A stretch of DNA of 21,160 nt from positions 1-21,160 of the forward strand of contig JBFXGD010000053.1 of NCBI GenBank assembly GCA_050178385.1. The letters are read 5' to 3'. The translations under genes were made by a program, and so were the position numbers. This DNA comes from Calditrichaceae bacterium (lineage in GTDB: Bacteria > Calditrichota > Calditrichia > Calditrichales > JBFXGD01). A model generated the notes under the pieces. The model was given only the letters and a program-made list of their open reading frames with translations, made no database searches and had not been told where the DNA came from. Shown here one piece after another: positions 15,282-21,160 of the stretch (within the stretch, counting starts at the first letter, position 1; each line of letters starts with the position of its first letter).

Positions 15282-16103
15282 TTAAAATATCTTTTTGATA
15301 CCGTTCACTTTTGCAAAAATCCTGTCTATCCAGGATTCATTTATCATCAGTCCGTCAAGCGATGGAACATCTATAGATCCGCCTTTTACCGCCAGCGCCG
15401 GATTAAGCTTGAAAAGTCGATCCGCGTCTTCCGGTGTCATAAGGTCAAGTGTGATTTTATACGCTTCCGCCAGTATTTTATAGCTGCGGTATTCCAGATC
15501 ATGGGCGTCAGATGCTATAAACTGGCACAACCCCGCTTTTAGAAGCCGCTGTGAAAATCCGGCTGCTTTGCCGCCAAACTGCCCGGTAAGGCTGCCCGCG
15601 TCCACCTGAATAAGACATCCCTGCCGGTACCATTCATAAATGGTCTCGGGTGTATCATGCAGACGGATGTATCGCTCGGGATGAGCTATAACCGGTGTAA
15701 TATTTCTCAACCGACAGCGGAAAATAAAGTCACTTACTCCGTCGGGTACAGCCATAAGCGGCAGTTCAAAGAGCAGATATCTTTTTTTACCGTTGAACGT
15801 AGCCCAGGGATAGTCCAGCCAGTGGTAAATCCGGTCAGAAAAAAACAATTCGGAGCCCAAAGAAATTTCAACCGGAATCTTCTCTGCCAGAACCCTGTCC
15901 TTTAATATTTTGAAATTATCCTGAATCTGGCGACTCACGCCGTCTTCTGTAATCTCTGTGGCGTGAGGTGTTGCCAGAAGATTCCTTATATCTAATGATG
16001 CCGCCTGTTCCAGCATCTTTAAAGATTGATCAATATTTCGGGCGCCGTCATCAACTCCGAATAAAAAGTGAGAATGGATATCGGTGTAGCCCATTTTTGT
16101 CAT
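15282..16103 (-). CDS. CpsB/CapC-family (PHP-type) tyrosine-protein phosphatase
   Basis: DIHSHFLFGVDDGA, ATPH, IAHPERY and ASDAH motifs; adjacent to wzc. Confidence 0.9.
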   Translation of the reverse strand: MTKMGYTDIHSHFLFGVDDGARNIDQSLKMLEQAASLDIRNLLATPHATEITEDGVSRQIQDNFKILKDRVLAEKIPVEISLGSELFFSDRIYHWLDYPWATFNGKKRYLLFELPLMAVPDGVSDFIFRCRLRNITPVIAHPERYIRLHDTPETIYEWYRQGCLIQVDAGSLTGQFGGKAAGFSQRLLKAGLCQFIASDAHDLEYRSYKILAEAYKITLDLMTPEDADRLFKLNPALAVKGGSIDVPSLDGLMINESWIDRIFAKVNGIKKIF

Positions 16104-16123
16104 TATGTGTGAGTCTCCCGGCT

Positions 16124-16765
16124 CTACCGCATGTCGACGACCTGCATCTTATCAGTCTCCTGAAAGCGGAACATCTGATCGGTCAACTTGCTTTTTGCGT
16201 CTATATCGCTGATTTCAAAGGTACTTACATTCCCGTTTAAATCAGTGGTTTCTATTTTAATAATATGCCAACTATTTTTCTGAATCCATAATTTCATGTA
16301 CTTCACATAGCCGTGTATATTTTCTTTCGGATCCATTCTTATATTGTACACCTTCTCGCCGTCGACCTTCTGTTCACCGAGTAATGTGGAAATATAATTT
16401 TTCGGATACTCAAATAAAAGATCACGTGGTAACAGCGCGCCGGAATTCTTACGGACATTGTCGATCAGCAGCTGCTTTGTCATATTATTAAATGTCCAGA
16501 TCGTCTTTCCGTCGGTTACTATTATTTGATCGTCAGATTCGAACCGATACTTTACTTTATCTTTTATAAAAATTCTTCCGGATGCTTCCGAAACCGAACC
16601 GGTGATCAGGAACGTATCAACCTGCCGGAATGAAGCGGTCAGGTTTTCCATCTTATCATACGTCTTCTGAACATTTTTGATAATATCGTTTACATCATCC
16701 GCCGCTTCCGCCCGGAATACCGAAAACAAAAGTATGGTAAATACCAGCATCATTTTCTTATACAT
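16124..16765 (-). CDS. lolA: Outer-membrane lipoprotein carrier protein LolA family
   Basis: Signal peptide, ASFRQ, QIIVTDGKTIWTF; directly downstream of ftsK, the conserved gene order. Confidence 0.85.
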   Translation of the reverse strand: MYKKMMLVFTILLFSVFRAEAADDVNDIIKNVQKTYDKMENLTASFRQVDTFLITGSVSEASGRIFIKDKVKYRFESDDQIIVTDGKTIWTFNNMTKQLLIDNVRKNSGALLPRDLLFEYPKNYISTLLGEQKVDGEKVYNIRMDPKENIHGYVKYMKLWIQKNSWHIIKIETTDLNGNVSTFEISDIDAKSKLTDQMFRFQETDKMQVVDMR

Positions 16766-16779
16766 AATCGTTTCCTTTG

Positions 16780-19224
16780 TTAAATCTGACCTAATTCTTC
16801 AAGAGTCATCAACACTTCTCTCGGTTTACTGCCGTCTGGCGCTCCGACGATACCGTCTTCCTCAAGTTCATCCATAAGTCTCGCCGCGCGGGCGTATCCT
16901 ATCTTCAACCGGCGCTGCAGAAGTGAAATGGATCCCTGCTGATGCTGAACCACAATCGCCCTGGCATCGGCATACAGCGGATCACGGTCGCTTCCCATAC
17001 TGAACTCGTTCCCGGATTGCCTTGATTCCGCAGGCTGAGGCAGACTGTAGTGAGGCAATTTGGGCTGCCTGGAGACATGAGTAATGACATCTTCAACTTC
17101 CCTGGTGGATACAAAGGGATTTTGCAGACGCACCGGCTTTGGCAATCCTGCCGGTAAAAACAGCATATCCCCGTTGCCAAGTAGCTGCTCGGCGCCATTC
17201 ATGTCGAGAATCGTTCTGGAATCAACTTTGGTTGCTACCTGATACGCTATTCTCGCCGGGAAGTTCGCTTTGATCATACCGGTAATGACATCAACACTCG
17301 GGCGTTGAGTGGCAACAATAAGATGGATTCCTACAGCACGGGCCATCTGGGCCAGTCGGGCGATAGGTGTTTCCACTTCTTTGGCGGCGACCATCATTAA
17401 ATCGGCAAGTTCATCAATGAGTACCACTATGTAAGGAAGCTGCTGCAATTTGGCGTCTTTGACCTTACTGCCGCCTTCCTGTATTCGCTTATCATAATCG
17501 ACAATATTTCGAACTCCGAGATGGGCCAGTTTATCATATCGGCGCTCCATCTCAAGAACTATACTGTTTAACATGCTGACCGCGTTATTCGGTTTTGTGA
17601 TCACTTCTTCGTCAAGATCCGTTCTCCATAACAGGTAATGATCACGAAGCTCCTTATACAGCGATAATTCAAGCTTTTTGGGATCGATCATCATGAATTT
17701 GACTTTACCCGGATTAACCGAATACATCAGGGACAGGATGATGGTGTTTATCCCCACACTTTTACCCGCCCCGGTCGAGCCGGCGATTAACAAATGGGGC
17801 ATTTTTGTCAAATCGGTAATATATGATTCCCCGTTGATCGTTTTTCCGAGCGCCATAGGCAGCTCAAAATTTGATGTGTTAAATTTTTCCGACCGAATTA
17901 AAGTTTTAAGATAAACCATCTGCGGATTTCTGTTCGGAATTTCGATACCGACAGCCGCTTTACCCGGAATCGGTGCAATCATACGGATCCCGCGCGCTTC
18001 CATTGCCAGGGCAAGATCATTGGCAAGATTGACAATCGAGCTGACCTTGACACCGGGAGCGGGCTGCAGTTCATACAGCGTGATAACCGGCCCGGCGGTC
18101 ACACGAATAACTTTGGCATTTACACCAAAATCAAGCAATTTCAGTTCGAGAAGCTCGGCGTTTGATTTTAATTCTTCCTTCGTGATGGTTGTTTCTTGTG
18201 TTACCGGATCTTCAAGAAGATCGATGGACGGAAATTTATATCGGGCAATACTCTCTTTTACAAGATCATCATAATCCAGTTCTACATCTTTTGTCTCTTC
18301 TCTGAATTCAAAATCAACTTCTTCTACCCCCTCCGTCTGATTTTCAGCCGGCTCGGGTTTGCTCTGCTGTCTGTTGCGCTGCGCTTTGTCAATCTGAGCA
18401 ATTATTTCATCAAGCGATGTTTCAATTAGACCGGAATCTTCAAAATCACTGCCTTCTTCTGGTTCTTCCTTTACAGAGATTTTTTCGGGGTCATCATCGA
18501 TAGTAATTTCCGGAGGATTTTCCTCCAATTGAATTTTTGCCTTTTGCTCTTCCAGTTTTTTCTGCTCTTCCCGCTCCTGCTTTTTGATCAGCCTGATTTC
18601 TTTAGCCCGCTGACGATGCTCCATAAACTTATCCCATTCTGAACGGACAATCTCTCTAAGCGATCTGATCTGGTCGGATAACACCGCGATGATTCCTGTA
18701 ACTTCAATTCTCATTGTAAGAACCACCAGCGCAAGCGTTAAGAAAAGCAGCAGTGAAAGTCCGCCGAATTTTCCGAGGTAAATAATGAATTTTGAAGCAA
18801 TCCAGCCGCCTATCAGACCGCTGGGGTAATATTCGGTAATCTGGCCGGAGGTTTCAAACGCTTCGGGCATGGCCAGAAAAACAGAAATAAGTAATGCCCA
18901 AACCGAGAAGGAAATGGCAGGCCTGATAAGATCTTCCAGGTTTTTGCCCTGCACGGTATAAAGGCCGATTAACGCCAGGAGTCCGGGTAAAACAAGAATC
19001 GGGTAACCCAGAGTCCATTGCATCAGGATGTAGGATATCATCGCGCCCAACGGTCCCAGCCAGTTATTGATCGTAATGCGGTTTCCCTCGACGCTCAAAT
19101 TTACGGGATCATTTACATTGAAAGAAATAATTGAGAGAAACAGGAGAAGCGCGATCCCGAGGAGCAGGACGCCTATCGCCTGACGCTTATTTTCTTTGAC
19201 TTCTTTTGACTTTCTTTTTGCCAT
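16780..19224 (-). CDS. ftsK: DNA translocase FtsK
   Basis: N-terminal TM domain, MPHLLIAGSTGAGKS, IDELADLM, ATQRPSVDV, and gamma domain SLLQRRLKIGYARAAR. Confidence 0.97.
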   Translation of the reverse strand: MAKRKSKEVKENKRQAIGVLLLGIALLLFLSIISFNVNDPVNLSVEGNRITINNWLGPLGAMISYILMQWTLGYPILVLPGLLALIGLYTVQGKNLEDLIRPAISFSVWALLISVFLAMPEAFETSGQITEYYPSGLIGGWIASKFIIYLGKFGGLSLLLFLTLALVVLTMRIEVTGIIAVLSDQIRSLREIVRSEWDKFMEHRQRAKEIRLIKKQEREEQKKLEEQKAKIQLEENPPEITIDDDPEKISVKEEPEEGSDFEDSGLIETSLDEIIAQIDKAQRNRQQSKPEPAENQTEGVEEVDFEFREETKDVELDYDDLVKESIARYKFPSIDLLEDPVTQETTITKEELKSNAELLELKLLDFGVNAKVIRVTAGPVITLYELQPAPGVKVSSIVNLANDLALAMEARGIRMIAPIPGKAAVGIEIPNRNPQMVYLKTLIRSEKFNTSNFELPMALGKTINGESYITDLTKMPHLLIAGSTGAGKSVGINTIILSLMYSVNPGKVKFMMIDPKKLELSLYKELRDHYLLWRTDLDEEVITKPNNAVSMLNSIVLEMERRYDKLAHLGVRNIVDYDKRIQEGGSKVKDAKLQQLPYIVVLIDELADLMMVAAKEVETPIARLAQMARAVGIHLIVATQRPSVDVITGMIKANFPARIAYQVATKVDSRTILDMNGAEQLLGNGDMLFLPAGLPKPVRLQNPFVSTREVEDVITHVSRQPKLPHYSLPQPAESRQSGNEFSMGSDRDPLYADARAIVVQHQQGSISLLQRRLKIGYARAARLMDELEEDGIVGAPDGSKPREVLMTLEELGQI

Positions 19225-19258
19225 TTATGACTCATTCTGCTTCTGTGAAAACTTGAAA

Positions 19259-19287
19259 AATATACTTAATTAGTCATATTAAAACAA
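19259..19287 (-). promoter_or_regulatory. Candidate sigma70 promoter for ftsK
   Basis: Minus strand TTGTTT-17 nt-TATATT, 35 nt upstream of the ATG. Confidence 0.4.
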
Positions 19288-19291
19288 GAAA

Positions 19292-20026
19292 TTACACTGA
19301 CATGATGAGTTCGTCGCCTGACAGTGTCGGTATGAGTTTAAAGCGATTTATATCGGCGCAAAATTGTAAATCTTTTGCAAATCCGATCTTTTTTAAATGC
19401 ACTCCATGTATGGTATTTCCCAGCAGGACGGTTAATTGCTCAGCCGTGGGGGCCGGATTCTGACCGAATAAACCGAGAAACGCGTAATATGACCATCGCG
19501 CCCCGTCACTCATCGACAGATTACAGACACGGCGGTTCAATTCATAGGACATCATTCCCGCGCAAAGCGCGTCTTCCCACGAAAAACCACCGGCTCGGCC
19601 GGCGGGAAGCATCACGATATCCTGTCCAGCGGACAAGGATTTATCCAAAACAGCGTTCAGGTTTACAAAAGATCCGACAAAAACAATGTTGGCTTTTTTC
19701 GCGATAGTCAATGCCCGGGTTCCGTTGGTGGTCGTTAATATAAGATCTTTTCCAGACACTTTTTCAGATGTGTACTCAAAGGGTGAATTTCCCAGATGAA
19801 AAAAATCCGGCCGGAGCCCGTCTCTCTCCCCGCATAACAGAGCGTCAGGCGATTTTATATGCATAGATTTCGCTTCTTCAAGCGATTCAACCGGGTAAAT
19901 GGATCTGCATCCGTTCGCGAACGCGGCAACTATGGATGTCGATGCCCTGAGTACATCAATGACAATGACCGTTTTTTGGGAAAGACTATTCAGATCATCA
20001 AATGAGTAAGCAACTTCTATATTCAT
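19292..20026 (-). CDS. comB: 2-phosphosulfolactate phosphatase family protein
   Basis: VIDVLRASTSI, LCGERDG, GNSP, TTTNGT and EDALCAG motifs. Confidence 0.9.
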   Translation of the reverse strand: MNIEVAYSFDDLNSLSQKTVIVIDVLRASTSIVAAFANGCRSIYPVESLEEAKSMHIKSPDALLCGERDGLRPDFFHLGNSPFEYTSEKVSGKDLILTTTNGTRALTIAKKANIVFVGSFVNLNAVLDKSLSAGQDIVMLPAGRAGGFSWEDALCAGMMSYELNRRVCNLSMSDGARWSYYAFLGLFGQNPAPTAEQLTVLLGNTIHGVHLKKIGFAKDLQFCADINRFKLIPTLSGDELIMSV

Positions 20027-20117
20027 CTTTCAGTACTTTGAACCTTTTATTTAAAAATGCGCTTCCAAAAATCTTCGCCGACAAAATAAACCCCTGGATC
20101 CGAATTTGATTATTTAA

Positions 20118-20153
20118 TAAAAAATGGCAATCCCTGACCCGAGGAACTGCCAT
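20118..20153 (-). terminator. Intrinsic terminator downstream of gcvT
   Basis: Minus strand ATGGCAGTTCCT-CGGGTC-AGGGATTGCCAT (12-bp stem with two G-U pairs) followed by a T-run. Confidence 0.7.
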
Positions 20154-20187
20154 ACTCAAACTCAACTTAAAGGATAATCTTTACCGA

Positions 20188-21160
20188 TCAAATGAACGGC
20201 GGTTTTATGATGGTGGCAGGCAGGAGTTTATTCCTTACCTCTATTTCTATTGGTGTTCCGATTTTTGACCATTCGACCGGAACATAAGCCAGACCGATAC
20301 CCTTATCCAGCATGGGAGAAACCGTGCCGCTTGTGACCACGCCAATTTTGGCTCCGTTTTTGACCACATTATAACCGTGCCGCGGAAATCCGGCGTCATC
20401 CATCGTAAATGCGACCAGGCGTCGTGATAATCCGGCTTCCTTCACTTTCAGGATGGCTTCCCGTCCTATAAATTCGCCTTTATCCGGTTTAGTGATCCAC
20501 CCCAATCCGGCTTCGAGCGGGTTGGTTTCCGCATCGATATCATTTCCGTACAGACACATTTTCTTTTCAAGCCGGAGAGAATCTCTCGCGCCGAGACCAA
20601 TCGGTTCTATATCATACTCCTTACCCGCTTCGAAAACTTTATTCCAGACATCGACCGCGTATTTATTTTCAAAATAAAGCTCAAATCCGGGCTCACCGGT
20701 GTATCCCGTTCTTGAAATAAGCATCGGAACGCCCGCCATTTTTCCGTCTGTAAACCAATAAAACTGGATTGCCGACAAGTTAACATCAGTTAATTTTTGA
20801 AGTGTGGCTTCCGCTTTTTTCCCCTGAACCGCGATCTGAGTGATGCTATCGCTTATATCTTTAATCTCACATCCGTCGATCTTGTTTTTAAGCATCCATT
20901 CAAAATCTTTATCTTTATTTGAAGCGTTTACCACAAGCAGAAATTTATCGCTGTACCGATAAACCAGCAGATCATCGACGATTCCGCCGTTTTCATAACA
21001 CATGGCTGAATACTGCACCTGGCCAATGTCCAGCATCGACGCGTCATTTATTGTTATAAGCTGCGTCATTTCGAGCGCGCGGGGGCCGGTAATTTCAATT
21101 TCCCCCATATGTGAAACATCAAATACACCGACAGATTTCCTTACTCTTCTGTGTTCATCC
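20188..21160 (-). CDS. gcvT: Glycine cleavage system aminomethyltransferase T (5' end outside the window)
   Basis: Frame stays open to the edge (DEHRRVRKSVGVFDVSHMGE); GIVDDL, SRTGYTGEPGFEL and GLGARDSLRLE motifs. Confidence 0.97.
   Translation of the reverse strand, partial: DEHRRVRKSVGVFDVSHMGEIEITGPRALEMTQLITINDASMLDIGQVQYSAMCYENGGIVDDLLVYRYSDKFLLVVNASNKDKDFEWMLKNKIDGCEIKDISDSITQIAVQGKKAEATLQKLTDVNLSAIQFYWFTDGKMAGVPMLISRTGYTGEPGFELYFENKYAVDVWNKVFEAGKEYDIEPIGLGARDSLRLEKKMCLYGNDIDAETNPLEAGLGWITKPDKGEFIGREAILKVKEAGLSRRLVAFTMDDAGFPRHGYNVVKNGAKIGVVTSGTVSPMLDKGIGLAYVPVEWSKIGTPIEIEVRNKLLPATIIKPPFI

Noticed and set aside
19292..20026. ComB-like phosphatase as part of the sulfate/glycan pathway
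   Set aside because: It lies in the housekeeping block between gcvT and ftsK, about 9 kb from the PHP/AlkP cassette; nothing in the sequence links them
10687..20677. Numerous short + strand and alternative-frame ORFs in the ORF track
   Set aside because: They are shadow ORFs overlapping well-supported minus-strand genes and show no recognisable motifs

Overview
Bacterial chromosomal window in which every supported gene lies on the minus strand. Read in the direction of transcription (right to left): gcvT (5'-truncated by the window edge), terminator, comB-like phosphatase, ftsK, lolA, CpsB/CapC-type PHP tyrosine phosphatase, Wzc-type tyrosine autokinase, ugd, a WbpA-like UDP-HexNAc dehydrogenase, terminator, a 66-aa protein ending RLEDLGYL, a PHP/YciV-like hydrolase, two alkaline-phosphatase-superfamily (NPP-like) paralogs, an UpxY/RfaH-type antiterminator, an SxtJ-like membrane protein, a DUF2061-APS kinase (CysC) fusion and cysD. 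This is a housekeeping block running into a surface-polysaccharide locus with its own sulfate-activation genes, so a sulfated glycan is the likely product (inference). The most striking feature is non-coding. Five intergenic arrays (1-120, 1003-1973, 3765-4543, 5926-6942, 8350-9015) are mosaics of at least seven distinct palindromic/hairpin modules (labelled A-F and H here). The modules are shuffled into different orders and separated by strand-polarised heptamer tracts (AAGTRRG, AAGAAAA, AAGAGTT on the mRNA strand). Several module junctions fall on 7-10 bp microhomologies or on GTAG, copies show compensatory base changes, and the tracts appear to have supplied the last codons and stop codons of three genes. 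No transposase, nuclease, CRISPR array, rRNA or tRNA is visible. Family assignments come from motif recognition by eye, not from database searches.
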